Shown: positions 38,533-51,989, numbered from the whole stretch's first letter. The stretch: 63,503 nt of DNA, filler included, from Octopus bimaculoides (GCF_001194135.2; 9 parts of 8 records of this genome joined end to end with filler, not necessarily neighbours in it), one strand, 5' to 3'. Translations and numbers: made by a program. The notes: generated from the sequence alone by a model not told the origin.

Positions 38533-38632
38533 NNNNNNNNNNNNNNNNNNNNNNNNNNNNNNNNNNNNNNNNNNNNTTAATTAATTAANNNNNNNNNNNN
38601 NNNNNNNNNNNNNNNNNNNNNNNNNNNNNNNN
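38533..38632. other. Artificial scaffold linker
   Basis: N44-TTAATTAATTAA-N44. Confidence 0.97.
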
Positions 38633-41199
38633 GGAAGGCATGGCCCTTTACAGGGCCCTGAAAGTTGTAGAAATGAGAAAAGAAAGCATCCTGAAACTAT
38701 AAACTTGTCCAAATACTTGCAATAGAGTGGACACCTAAGGTGCCAGGAGGTGGTGGTAGTGGTGGTGGTGGTGGTAAACTGAACACTTGATTAACTCTAC
38801 CTAGCATTCATGTCTGCATCAGCTATAGTAAAATATATATACAATTTGATTGTGGCCATGCTGGGGCACCACCTTCAAGAATTTTTAGTTGAATGAATCA
38901 ACCTCTAGCTGTGCTAGTGTCTCAGCCTGCCTAAGCTTCACCCCTATTTCATGTTTTACTTATAAACATTACAAACAATAGTCAAATACAGAAATGGCAG
39001 AGCAAAATCAAAAACTTATTTTTAATTCTTTTGTTTGGCTAAAGAAAATGGCTTTCAATTTTTTTTTTTTTGATATTAGCCAAAGACAGGATCTGCCTGG
39101 TGAACTCAATACAGTTGACATTCAACATGAACTTCTGTAGGGCAAAGGTCAATGTTCCCATTTAAATTTTGAAATAATGAATTCTTTTGTTGATTGTTAT
39201 CAAATTATCTTCACGTTCAGATTATACAGAACAATCTGTTTTAACTACACAAGTCCCTAAAGTGTCATTGAAGAAACATTTGAATGGGATTTGTTGACAC
39301 AGTTGCCAATAATGGGATACAAAATCTTTACAAATTTCTTATGATAAACCAGAAAAATCACTCAAGTAGACATTTAGCTCTCAGCTTTCATTCCTGTTTC
39401 CTGGAGTGGGGTGAACTTAAGGCTAAACTAACGAATTTGTTCAAAGAATTCTTTGTTTAGAAAAGCAATTGAGTCCTTTGAGTTGAACCAAAATGGAAAT
39501 TTTGTGGTTCACTTTTAAACTTGAACTCAAGACCTAAAGGATCGTAATTAAATATCATAATTAACTGCTGCAAGTATTTCTGTTGACCATGCTACTAATT
39601 CTGCGAACCCATCACCCTTTTTGTTAATGGCAATAAAATAAAGAGAAACCTGAAGTCAAAATTCCAATGAGCCACTTGTTATGTCAGTTAATGATGGTAT
39701 GTAAGGAGAGTCACAAGAATTGATAGTTTAATAATGGTAACCATTGGTATAAATCACATTGGAAATAAAAGAGAAAAGATGTATGTTGGTTGGAGCTATG
39801 AGACAAGGGGTGGTTTTCTTTGGAGAAGTATATGTACAAGTGTACCTATACATTAAAAGAATTAACACTAAATTGTTGTACTTTATGCAAATGTTGTTTT
39901 TGAATTATCTTATTTCTAAAGAATTCTATTTTCCTACACCAATAAATGTGAAATCTTGTTCATACAGTCATCTTTTCATTAAAACTTTAGCAAGTACAGT
40001 TCAAATGATAAGGTCAGAATATGACCAAGTATGTCCAGAATTTGCCACTCATATTTTTTGAAAAAAATAAAAGTAATATTACTCATTCTCTAATACTGTT
40101 TTTGACTCAGAACATATTTATTTGCATCTAAATTTTTAATGTAGCATCCATTAAATATGTTAACACTGGCTTTCATATCAATAGTTAGTCTACAAATTAA
40201 ATATCAGTGTAGTTAGTTTATCTTTGTATTAAATATGTTAACACTTACATACTACATATCTGTGAGGTGTATATAACCTTACAACAGGTAAACCAATGAC
40301 AAAACCTCTGCAAGAAATAGCAGCCAAATCACATATTCAAGCATCTTTGGAAAAAAGGAAGCATAAATCATTGGTTAATGTAGTCATATGAAATTTATCA
40401 CTAATCTTATCAAACAAAGCTTTCTTCATTTTGATAGAGGTGTTCCAGTATGGCCACAGCCATGATCAAAATAAAGTGAAGAATTAATTTTGTTTATTTG
40501 TGGATATATAAAAATAATTTCATTTCCTTGTTAAAATGTTTCTTTTGATTAGCTTCATTGAACTTCAACGAGAATTAAAACAATGGCCGTCTTATTTTAG
40601 GTAGAATTTGGGTCAAGGCTATACAAAGATTCCAAATCTTGAATGGTCTGACATTGTTTCTCATTTTAATTACAAAAAAATTTTCAGGACTTCTAAGAGT
40701 GTAAAAATTTTTTTCTTTTTTTACATTTTCAGATGCCCTGAAAAAATAAAGGGTCACAGGATATACCCTAACACCCCCTTCTTAAATAAACAGTAAAAAA
40801 AAAAAACAGCAACTTTGCTGTTCCTTAAATCACATCCTACTGGCTTGAAAAAGGAAAGACACATTGGATAATGTAATCCTGGATACACTATTCCTAAAAA
40901 AACAAAAAAAAACTCATTAAAATATTGCAAGATAATCATAGCTGGAACTCCTTTGGTCATGGATCTGCTCTGTCAGGGTTGACTTGGGGCTAAACAACAA
41001 CAAAAACATGATATTGGTAATAGTGTCCATCAGTCTTAACAATAAGTATTCAATTGTTCAACTAACTGAATTCATACTTGTGAAATTTATATGTAAGTGG
41101 TTGAGTATTCCAAAAGCACATGTCCTCCTTCAGTGTAATTCTCTGGCTAAATCAACATGACACAATGTGGTAAAGCTGGGCTGGATCTTTGAATTAGAG

Positions 41200-41345
41200 A
41201 TCATCATCATCATCATCATCATCATCATTTAATGTCCGCTTTCCATGCTAGCATGGGTTGGACAATTTGACTGAGGACTGGTGAACCAGATGGCTACACC
41301 AGACTCCAATCTGATCTGGCAGAGTTTCTACAGCTGGATGCATTC
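41200..41345 (-). mobile_element. RTE-tailed SINE-like element (family D), 3' end
   Basis: The minus strand ends CCATGCTAGCATGGAAAGCGGACATTAAA(TGA)n; related copies lie at 52140, 53530 and 55195. Confidence 0.8.
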
Positions 41346-42728
41346 ATTGAACTGTGGCCATGCTAGGGCAACACCTTCACAAGATTAAAGTGGACCAACT
41401 ACCAGATATAATCTTTTGCTATTGTCATTGTTGGAGCAACACCTTACAAAGTTTAAAGTGGGAAGATTACAAGTAAGCTACAAATATACTCTTTTACCAT
41501 TTTCAGTCATTGGACTGTGGTCATACTGGGGCAACAGCTTCAAAAATTTAAAAAAAGAGAAAAACCAATATATACTCTTTTACTGTCTTCAATTATTGGA
41601 TTATGTCTATTCAAGACCAAACAACATACCCTTTCCTTGTTTTCACTCATGAGACTGTAGCCATATTGAAGCAAAAACTTTGATGACATAGTCAATTATA
41701 TTGATCCCAGTTTTTGTAGACCATAGTTTTTGTTTTACCAAAGTCAACCTTTGATAGATGCTACCTGGTGCAGTTGCTCAACCGGCTCAGTTACCTCAAT
41801 ATATCAAGTATTTAATATTCTGCAGTTTAGTGATTATCTCAATCATTTCAGCATCATTTAAATACATTGTTCCTCTTTAGTCTTCATTCTCTGGTGCAAA
41901 AAATGAAAATGAAAATGAAAATGAAAATAAAATAAAATTCAATAAAACAAAGCAAGAACAAAAAGAAGCATCAACAAGCAATCCACACTAACAAACATGG
42001 TTGATAAGAACTTGTGCAGATTCTATCAATTTGTTTGCTCATGAAGGAAGGCAAAGAATAGAACGCTATGAAACTGGAAAGGGAATAAGAGAAAAAGGAA
42101 AAGAAAAAGAAGAAGAAAAAAAGAGAGAGAAGCAGACAAGAAAATCAAACCAAACCAAACCAAACCAAACAACAAGCATTTAAAACAAATATATATATAT
42201 AAAAAAGAAAACAAAACCACAATGAGTTAACATGTTCTGAAGATTGAGAAAGCTGAAAGTGAGTCAGCAGTCTAAAGAAGCTGATCGCTGTTACAGTGGA
42301 AAAGATTCCAAAATCAATGGAAGTTCTGCAAGTATTTTCAGAGGATGACCTGGATCTCCAGTGCAACAACATTTGCAATCCGGACTGACTGTAAGCAAAG
42401 TGATTCATTTCTGCTGATTCCATAAAGAAGAGTATTTGAAACTGTTGAAGCTCAGTTTGTTGTAGTTTGGGCCATTCTTGCAGCACCAGCAGCACCAGCA
42501 GAAGCCAGCTCCTTGCTCTCTTTCCTCTTTCATTCTCTCTCCTTCTAAAATCAAAATCATTCTCAGTTTTCAGACTTTTTCTCTTTCTTTCACCATCATT
42601 ATCACCAATTTCTTCTTCTTCTTCTTCTTTTTCTTCTTCTTCTTCTTCTTCTCGTTCTCATTCTTCTCGTTCTCATTCTTCTCGTTCTCATTCTTCTTGT
42701 TCTTCTTCTTCTTCTTCTTCTTCTTCTT

Positions 42729-42828
42729 NNNNNNNNNNNNNNNNNNNNNNNNNNNNNNNNNNNNNNNNNNNNTTAATTAATTAANNNNNNNNNNNNNNNN
42801 NNNNNNNNNNNNNNNNNNNNNNNNNNNN
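42729..42828. other. Artificial scaffold linker
   Basis: N44-TTAATTAATTAA-N44. Confidence 0.97.
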
Positions 42829-43312
42829 TCCCCCTCTCCCTCCCCCCTCTCTCTCTCTCATGCCCCTTTCTCGTCATATTCTTTATGGTAATTTGCTCCT
42901 TTCCCTTATTCCACCTTCTCCTCCCTTCATTATCTTTTCTCCTCTTTCTTCCCTTACTAACATTACGCTCCTTTTCAAGATTTCTGACTCCCGCTCTCTC
43001 TATTTCTCTCTCCCTCTGTCTCTCTGTCTCTCTCTCTCTTTCTTTTTCTTTCTTTATTTCACAATCTGCCTCTCTCTCTACCTCTCTGCCTCTCTCGTCT
43101 CTCCCTATCTCCCTTTCTTTCTCTACCTTCTTTCTTCTTTTTGCTGTAAACCTCCCGCTGATATTTCCTTCTTCTATACACGTCTCATTCTCCTTCACTT
43201 AATTCAACTACATTTCTCTGCTTCTCACTTGCTCGAGCCCTCTCCCTCATTTAGATCTGCCCTTTTAATCTCAGAATACACCCCCGATCTTCTCATCTCA
43301 CATTTTCACCAG

Positions 43313-43699
43313 CGAAGGAGCACCTACCTCGTCGCAAAACCTACAAATAGTTTACAAAATCACTCTAAAATCACGCCCGCTGCTGTCTCGTACGTAAAAC
43401 AAAAGAAAACACAATATAATGCAGTGCTAGGTACATACATTATGGATGATGGTCATGGCAGGAATACTTTTGTACTCAAGCTGTTAGACCGTATTCAACC
43501 AGGTGGGACACAGCAACTTAACATAACACATTATCATCACCACCATCACCACCATCTCCATAACCACCACCACCACAATCATCATCATCATCTACAATAT
43601 CATCAACAACACTGTCCCCTTCAGTCCCACCCACTGTACGCAAAAAACAACAACAACAAAAATGACATTATAAAAAAAATGAAAAGAAGGTGGGGCTAA
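43313..43699 (+). CDS. Candidate terminal coding exon with His-rich tract, unknown product
   Basis: A pyrimidine tract and CAG| precede 128 open codons, RRSTYLVAKPTNSLQNHSKITPAAVSYVKQKKTQYNAVLGTYIMDDGHGRNTFVLKLLDRIQPGG...HHHH...KKMKRRWG*. Confidence 0.3.
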   Translation, partial: RRSTYLVAKPTNSLQNHSKITPAAVSYVKQKKTQYNAVLGTYIMDDGHGRNTFVLKLLDRIQPGGTQQLNITHYHHHHHHHLHNHHHHNHHHHLQYHQQHCPLQSHPLYAKNNNNKNDIIKKMKRRWG

Positions 43700-43943
43700 T
43701 CTAAATTTGAAGGAGTGTTTAGTTTAAATTGATTGACAAGTAAGATTTCCTGATGTCGCCGCTATTTTCTCAAATACGTTTTATATAAATGTATTTCTAT
43801 TCTAAATAATACGCATATTTTATATATAACAGTAAAACAAACAAAAAATTATAGGCGCAGGCGCGGCTGTGGTGAGAAGCTTGCTTCCCAACCACATGGT
43901 TCCGGGCTCTATCGCACAGCGTGTCACCTTGGGCAAGTGTCCT

Positions 43944-44043
43944 NNNNNNNNNNNNNNNNNNNNNNNNNNNNNNNNNNNNNNNNNNNNTTAATTAATTAAN
44001 NNNNNNNNNNNNNNNNNNNNNNNNNNNNNNNNNNNNNNNNNNN
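43944..44043. other. Artificial scaffold linker
   Basis: N44-TTAATTAATTAA-N44. Confidence 0.97.
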
Positions 44044-46277
44044 CCACCACCGGTTATTCAACACGGTGCCGGTGAGTGCCCTCATGACTAACTCCTTAAT
44101 CTGGTTATAGTATGTTTCGCAAGCCAATAGGGTCTTGTTCAACTTCCTGTAACCAGATCCCTGTCTATGGACTTTATATGTACCCTACACGTCACTAATT
44201 TGTGATCCGTACAGGGTATATAAGTAAACTGTGGACAACTAAAGGAAGACCTATCTCTGGTATTCACTACTATCCTGCCTTTATAAGACCTGAAAGATCC
44301 GTCATTATTACTCCAAGTCCACATTGGAACGCTCGGATTCTCGAGTCTGAATCAATCTGCCAGCCTAAATCGCTTCAGTAGATCGATGAGGCTTGAGTTA
44401 CTTTTCCTACCGGTTGAGCCAACTTTATCTAGGCGTGCATGTAGAATAGTGTCTCCTAACATTACTATTGAAAATCCCCCAGGCGTCGATAGAACTCGTT
44501 CCATTTGCCCGCTATGCAAGGTGCGTAAATGCAGATCAACCTGAAGGCTTTACCACTGAAAGTCAGATCCAGAACGACCAAATTACCTTCTGGTGATTGC
44601 ACGTTTCTGTAGAGCCAAGCTTTTTTCGGATCAAAACCACAACCCACCTCCTCCTGTCCGACTAGGAGACATGCTTTTCTCATAGTCTTTCAGGAGGTTT
44701 GAAAAGGCCTGCAGCTTGTCCAGCTTGGTCCCTGTAGCAACCATATCAATTTTGTGTGACCTGAGGTCGTCGAGGAAACAGGCTTACTTCCACTTCGAGC
44801 TCAGGCTACGCACATTCAGACAGCCTACCTTAATCCAGAGGGAAACGTTCTCAGCACCACTGAGGCTGAGACTACCCGCTTCGTCTTTTCTAAGGTGGGT
44901 TCCATCAGCAAGTCGAACACTTTGGGCGTATCTGTTCACGTATCTCTTGATGATACCTGTTTTTTAGGTCCATAAAAAGATCTTGTATTTTCGCTATACT
45001 GTTCAGGTTTTTAGGGTTACTTATCCGAAAAATGTTACTCTTTAAATGGTGCTTAATTATCTCCATCATTATATTGTTCAAATTTTTAAAAACTAAGGTT
45101 ATCCTTTCTTCTAAACTGTGTGTTATTTCCGCTTCTAGATGAAATAAATTTTCTTCTTTTTCCTTTCCTCCGGGTAAATCTTTTTCCTTTCCTTTTTTGG
45201 AGCCGCCTCTTTATTTGGTCACTCCGTTACCATTTTAGGCCTTTTTCGCGACACCGTTTTGAAGTTCATTTCTTCTACTACCGGTGTGTCATTTCGGCCG
45301 GTTTGTTTACAGGTTCAATTTCGCGCGGTCGCCCTCCGTGTAACAGCCTCCGTGACCGGGGGTGCCGCTTCCTCTGTACTTTCTTCTTGTTAATTTTCTT
45401 GTGGTTTTTTCCTTTTGTGGAAGGGAGCATTTTGACCTCAGGTGCCCCTTTTTTCCATATTTGAAGTACTTGGATTTCCTCCCCTCCACTTTTAACACGA
45501 TATCCTCTCCGAATAATATCTTTTCGGGTAACTTTTCTAGATCGACCGTTGCAGCTTGTACCAAGACCTCCAGTGTCTGTCCTCTACAATTTTGCGGTGC
45601 ATCTCTCGTTATTTGGATTAAGTCCAAGTCATTTCCACCTCCGGTGGGATATTTTTAATTTTACGTCCCAGATATCGATAATTTTTTTGCCTTCTCGATC
45701 GATTCAAACCTTGCCTCTACCGTTGCGAATCTGTACCACGCGTTAGGTACTTTATCTGGCCCATTACTGGCCCGAGACACCTATCAATTTAACTCTCTTC
45801 TAAGTGTTCAAAATGCTTTTTTTCTGCGTTGTACGTTTTATAAACAATTGTACACTCTTCAGTCCTGTTCAAAATTTCGCCGGAGGAGGTGTGGTGGTGG
45901 TGGGGGGCTTAATCCTGCTTTCAGCGTTTTCCTCACAAATCATTCAGTATAAAGCCTGAATTTCGTCTTTTTTGTAGGTCAATATTTCACTTCCTCTCAC
46001 AACGGAGGTAAAATTTCTCTTTTCTTCAACAGAAGTCAATATTTTCTCTTCAACAGAAGACATTTTCCAAAAAATTTTCACAATTTCACAAAAATAGTAA
46101 TAACAAAACACGTTCCACAATGGAACGCAGTCTGCACAAAGGTAATAAACAAATCCTTCTTCCGTGGAGGAGAACAACAATTTCAACAATAAATATATGT
46201 AAAAACAGTTCAATAATATTTCTCTTACGGGAAACCACAACAAAAATTAACAATTCCTGCAAGCAACCAAAACACTA
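44044..46277 (-). mobile_element. 5' part of a decayed Tx1/L1-clade LINE (5' region, ORF1, APE endonuclease of ORF2)
   Basis: ORF1 has a degenerate zinc knuckle, YFKYGKKGHLRSKC. APE motifs include VVLDLTFSGKAFRLICIYAP, WTWSNNDGSFRSY..RI and TDHKLV, followed by GYRKLNKTLL...NNRWW. Multiple stops and frameshifts. Confidence 0.9.
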
Positions 46278-46426
46278 ACCTTACAGTATAATAATAATTA
46301 TACCTTATTCTTATACCTTACAGTATAATAATAATTATACCTTATTCTTATACCTTACAGTATAATAATAATTATACCTTATTATTATACCTTACATTAT
46401 TATACCTTACAGTATAATAATAATTA
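46278..46426. repeat. 37-bp tandem repeat (ACCTTACAGTATAATAATAATTATACCTTATTCTTAT), about 4 copies
   Basis: Units start at 46278, 46315 and 46352. Confidence 0.95.
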
Positions 46427-47537
46427 ACACACTCAATAACAGCTCAAACACAAGGTTCTCGCTTACTGATTTTGCTGTACCAAATTCTAGTATTTATAAC
46501 TATACAAAACCAGCTAAAAGGATAGATATATTGTTGAGAACAATAGATTTCGTTGGGGGGTCTGTCATCACTATTCTCGCTTTTGGTGAAATAGAAGAGC
46601 TTAGAAGGGTCAAGGGGCAAAGACATTATTCTGCTTAGCAAAGGCATCTGGTAAAAATGTGACTGCTGTCACTCACAGAAAAACTATTGTTTTGGCGTGA
46701 AGCCACTACAGATATGCATCAGAATATCTTGACGAAAGGAAAAGTGGCTTATCACTGATTTATTCATGTGTCATGATTTATCTCCCAAAACTTGGTTGAA
46801 TTAGATGTATAATAAACAAAGGCCTGTGTCTGTCGGCTGGTTTTATGTGGATGGAGGATGGTAATAATGGTAAGGCACATGCTCCAGAAAAGTTAGAGTG
46901 AGTCCCAATGAAGATGCTAGAAAGTGGTAGGCATAGACTGTCAAAGAGTGAAGAAGGCACTGACTGAAAAACGCAGAAGGAATTCAAATCATACATATTC
47001 AAAAGTTAAAAGTAGATCAATAAAACAAAGAACGTGAATGGGTTGACTAGAATTTCACATAAGATGCTGAGGAAGTTGATGGTTGACTCTCATAAATTTC
47101 TCAGTGCAAATCCATGGAACAATGAAGAGAAGCTTGCAGAAACATTCAGACTGAATCCAGATTTAGTCGCTTCATACGCAGGCTGTATGTGGCCCTTTAT
47201 GGTTTTGCAGNNNNNNNNNNNNNNNNNNNNNNNNNNNNNNNNNNNNNNNNNNNNNNNNNNNNNNNNNNNNNNNNNNNNNNNNNNNNNNNNNNNNNNNNNN
47301 NNNNNNNNNNNNNNNNNNNNNNNNNNNNNNNNNNNNNNNNNNNNNNNNNNNNNNNNNNNNNNNNNNNNNNNNNNNNNNNNNNNNNNNNNNNNNNNNNNNN
47401 NNNNNNNNNNNNNNNNNNNNNNNNNNNNNNNNNNNNNNNNNNNNNNNNNNNNNNNNNNNNNCATAGCAATTAAAATTTCGTTTCTTTTTCTACCTGTCTG
47501 TCTATCTGTGGCAGTCACTCTCTCCCTTCCCCACACA

Positions 47538-47594
<57 letters not shown>

Positions 47595-47889
47595 ATAATC
47601 ATGTTTTATCTCGATTAAGGTTCGATGGAACGAGACATCACACTGTACATGAGGTTTGTTAAATTATTATTATTTTCTTTTGTATTATGACCTCGTTTAT
47701 GTTGAAAAATGTTATCTCATGAATGCACATAACCTAGCAGTTGGGTTACATGTTATGTCCTTGACCCAGTTCTCTATTTCATGTTTGTTTAGTCCAGTTG
47801 AAAATGGACCTCACTCAGGGCTTCACTCACAACCAGTCCACAAATCGTGTTAATATAAAATGTAAATGGCCCTTAAGGGCGAGGATACA

Positions 47890-48610
47890 CAGACTGTTGA
47901 TGATGCACTCTAAAGTTTCTAATATCTGTGGCAAGTGAGAAAAATACTGGATTCAAAGCTGAATGCCAGTAATATAATTTCAGCAATAAACCCACACGCA
48001 GTCACAGTAGTTCAGTATGGCTGTGGAATTCAGAAGTGGACAGAGAATGAGCTAAAGGAGTTGAACAAAAAGACAAGAAAGCTCCTAATAATGTATGGAG
48101 CGCATCGTCCATGTGCAGACACATGAAAAGAGTAAATGGAGGAAGGGAACTGATAAGTGTGGAAGACTGCAAACGTATCAAACTTGACAGCTTAATGATA
48201 TACCTGTCCTAAAATATGGCAACTTTGCTTGTGTCAGTTATGGATGAGGGCATGTTGAAAGCAGAGAAAAAGGGAAAAAAGTATATAAAAAAGGACATGA
48301 AGAAGCACTATGCAACAAGGGACCACACAATCAGTTCTATGTAGTCACAACTGAAGTTGCTGGAGAACAAGTGGAACTGATTGAAGAAAGAAGTACTGTG
48401 AAGAGAGACTGGGAGCACCATACTAGTAGCACAAGATAAAGCTTTGAACACAGATTGGAGGGTCAACCTTAAAAATGAGCAAGTGTTTCCACTGTGACGA
48501 ATTTGTACAGGTGCAATATCCTGACACCCTACATAAGACCGTAGATGGAAAATGAATTAAACCAACGTGTATATGTAGGTTAATTGTGAAGTCAAAGCCG
48601 TAACTACTAA
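47890..48610 (+). mobile_element. RLE-type LINE fragment (RT thumb to zinc-finger region), decayed
   Basis: VRKILDSKLNASNIISAIN..AV.VVQYGCGI.KWTENELKELNKKTRKLL.MYGA.RP, then GGRELISVEDC and ETGSTILVAQDKALNT. Confidence 0.9.
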
Positions 48611-48727
48611 ACAGCATTTCTTTGTAATAATGGTTTCAAATTTTGGCACAAGTCCGGTTATTTCGGAAGATGGAGTAAGTCGATTACATTGATCCCAGTC
48701 TTCAAGTGGTACGTGTTTTATCAACCA

Positions 48728-49186
48728 CTAGCAGAAGTGCCCGGCGTTGCTCGGGGCTTAATTGTTTTTAAAGTACTGTTGATGATTGTACTCAATTATG
48801 ACTATTGAGGATAGTGAATCCCCCATTCTCAGGCCGCCTTCGTCTGTACAGTGGATATCCATCACCAGCGGTCTGGTTCTCGTCCACGAAACTCTTTGGG
48901 TATCGTTTAGAGCACACATGGTCTTTGTGGCACGAGGAGAATTTTTGAAAACCGGGACCGCACGGACCATGCACCATGTGTGCCTTGACAATGTCGTACA
49001 GCTGTCGGTCAACAGTGGGGTTTGGGATTTCTGCTTTGATGATTTCATCTATAAGTGTAGGGTCTATTTTGGTGACCAACCAAACCAAAATGCGTGCGTG
49101 TGGCAACCCTCTCTTCTGCCACTCAACAGTATACATGTGGCACTTAACAGGGCCAAAAACCTCCCTTTTTTATTAAATTAATTGGC
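48728..49186 (-). mobile_element. Internally deleted Helitron: Rep (HUH) fragment joined to an intact 3' terminus
   Basis: YTVEWQKRGLPHARILVWL...MVHGPCG...CSKRYPK...DGYPLYRRR. The 3' hairpin CCCGAGCAACGCCGGG is followed by CTAG|T at 48728. Confidence 0.93.
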
Positions 49187-49286
49187 NNNNNNNNNNNNNN
49201 NNNNNNNNNNNNNNNNNNNNNNNNNNNNNNTTAATTAATTAANNNNNNNNNNNNNNNNNNNNNNNNNNNNNNNNNNNNNNNNNNNN
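49187..49286. other. Artificial scaffold linker
   Basis: N44-TTAATTAATTAA-N44. Confidence 0.97.
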
Positions 49287-49338
<52 letters not shown>

Positions 49339-49630
49339 ATGTGTGTGTGTATATATATGTGTGTATGAATATATATTTGTGTACATTAACATCTATATAT
49401 CAAATGCATACATATCAATACATACATGCAGATATATATATATACATACATACACACACAAACATACATGCATATATTTGTGCATTCACAGACACATGTT
49501 ACTCTGTCGGTCTGTCTGTATGTATACATACATACATACACATATATATATTTTATTATTCTTTTTGTTCGTTTCAGTCATTGCACTGCGGCCATACTGA
49601 GGCACTGCTTTGTGTGTGTGTGTGTGTGTG

Positions 49631-49695
<65 letters not shown>

Positions 49696-49714
49696 TTTAA
49701 ATATACACTTTACT

Positions 49715-50105
49715 CTTTTACTTGTTTCAGTCATTTGACTGTGGCCATGCGGGAGCACCGTCTTTAGTCGAGCAAATCGACCCCAGGACTTATTCTTTGT
49801 AAGCCTGGGACTTATTCTATTGGTCTCTTTTGCCGAACCGCTAAGTTACAGAGACGTAAACACACCAGTATCGGTTGTCAAGCGATGTTGGTGGACAAAC
49901 AGACACACAAACATATATACACACACACATACACACACATATTTATATACATATATACGACGGGCTTCTTTCAGTTTCCGTCTACCAAATCCACTGACAA
50001 GGCTTTGGTCGGCCCGAGGCTATAGTAGAAAACACTTGCCTAAGGTGCCACGCAGTGGGACTGAACCCGGACCCATGTGGTTCGTAAGCAAGCTACTTAC
50101 CACAC
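49715..50105 (-). mobile_element. SINE family A, full length, near consensus
   Basis: Reverse complement of 1051-1470 across its length. Confidence 0.92.
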
Positions 50106-50662
50106 ACATGTATATATACACATACATACACACATACACACACACACACACACACATGCACACACTCATATATACACACACATACACACACGCATATATA
50201 CACACATTCATATGTATACATACACATACACATGTATATACATACACACATATACATACACATATATATATATATATACATACACACACATATATACACA
50301 CACATATATGTACACATACAAATATATGTACACACATATATATATACATATACACACATATACACACATGCATACTCTCACAGACGATATATATATATAT
50401 ATATATATATGTGTGGGCATTTGCCAATGGGTTTATGTGTATATGTATATATATATATATATATGCATAGAAACAAACATATAATACTGTAAATAAAAGA
50501 ATTATCATGAAAAATAAAAAACAGTGCTTACCAATTAAAGTATACCTCGATCTATAATGTATTGATCTAACAATTTTTTTAATATCTTGGTTCAATAACA
50601 AATTATTACTATATTGTTTACATGAAACAAATATCTACCGTCGCCCTTCTATGCGTACATTT

Positions 50663-50693
<31 letters not shown>

Positions 50694-50879
50694 AAATATA
50701 GTCCTTCGCATTATGATTGAAAATTTGAAATCGTGTGCAGAAATATATATTGTTGTATCAGGGGAGAGTTATGTCGCCAATAAAACTGTGCGGGTGTTTT
50801 TATTGTCAAGCTGGTCCTCCCAAGACAGTACAGCATATAGTATAATAATAATAATAAAATTAATAATAATAACAACGGG

Positions 50880-51680
50880 AATAATAGGTATTATTTATTC
50901 ATTTAAATTCTGATTTGCCTCCATCTCGCAGCTTAGAGACGCAATTGTTTTCTCAAAACATAACCCCTTCCGAGTATTGCTACCAACTGAATACTCTTTA
51001 AGAAGTTTGGTATTTGCAGCTTTTGATGCCAGAATATTCCCCCGTTTTGAGATGGTTCCATGTGCGCCGATCACAATAAGTGATCACAGTTACTTTTGAG
51101 GCTCTTCCGGTCCTAAATATTGTTGAAAATGTACTTCCCTCCATTTTCAACAATATTTTGGTTTGCATGTACAGCTACGTCGATACGGGTCCATTCTTTC
51201 GATTCCTCCAGGAGGAGATTGATATCTGGTCAGTTATGTTATCGCTTCATGTTTGTGTCTGTCGGCATATCCCATGTGAGTCTTACCTGATCTTTCTCTG
51301 CCACGGCCAAAAGTTGGTACTCACATCACTTGTTGGAACATTCTAGCCCATACTTCTTGCACAACTCCCTGTACCCCTTTCAGGCCAGTTTTGAACATCC
51401 ACAAATTATATGTCCATCTCAGATGTTTTTTTTTTCCACATAGTCCACACAAAGGTACTATTGCTTTCTTATCAATGCTATACTTGTTTGAGTTGGTTCG
51501 TAAAGCTTGTTCTTCATCATCAAGAATCAGCCCTTCCGTGTCCTTCAAAAAAATCCTGCCGAAATTATCTCCAGGATTCTCCACTGGCTTCATCCGCTGT
51601 TTGCTGAAAAACTCTCCGTGTAGGACTTTCTCTTTCCAGTTGATGAGCTTTTCTCTGTTAGTCCTCGTATTATACTCATG
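50880..51680 (-). mobile_element. RLE-type LINE 3' fragment (zinc finger plus endonuclease), decayed
   Basis: LKDTEGLIL..EQALRTN..KYSIDK....LCGLCG, then TWD..TD...HN*PDI...IDVAV.ANQNIV and ...KLLKRVFS*; an (ATT)n-like tail follows. Confidence 0.88.
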
Positions 51681-51683
51681 AGT

Positions 51684-51889
51684 GGAGGCGCAATGGCCCA
51701 GTGGTTAGGGCAGCGGACTCACGGTCATAGGATCGCGGTTTCGATTTCGCGACCGGGCGTTGTGAGTGTTTATTGAGCGAAAACACCTAAAGATCCACGA
51801 GGCTCCGGCAGGGGATGGTGGTGAACCCTACTATACTCTTTCACCACAACTTTCTCTCACTCTTACTTCCTGTTTCTGTTGTGCCTGTA
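51684..51889 (+). mobile_element. SINE family C, 5' part
   Basis: tRNA-like head GGAGGCGCAATGGCCCAGTGGTTAGGGCAGCGGACTC...GGTTTCGATT. Confidence 0.85.
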
Positions 51890-51989
51890 NNNNNNNNNNN
51901 NNNNNNNNNNNNNNNNNNNNNNNNNNNNNNNNNTTAATTAATTAANNNNNNNNNNNNNNNNNNNNNNNNNNNNNNNNNNNNNNNNNNNN
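51890..51989. other. Artificial scaffold linker
   Basis: N44-TTAATTAATTAA-N44. Confidence 0.97.

Noticed and set aside
39060-40790. Several strong AG acceptors (about 39077, 39220, 40731) and short frames; also ELEEPLETFIQSHVKQM near 33930 and KYKYGPEEMDVGLHPMGRAVIYHR near 26270
   Set aside because: Each is compatible with several frames and none matches a protein I recognise, so they cannot be distinguished from chance without RNA-seq.
41270-41300. CTGAGGA...GAA(A) in family D elements (also 53532) as a hammerhead
   Set aside because: Stem II cannot form and there is no UH after a stem III.
42145-42530. 116-aa minus-strand ORF in unique sequence
   Set aside because: No recognisable motif or consistent splice signals in any frame.
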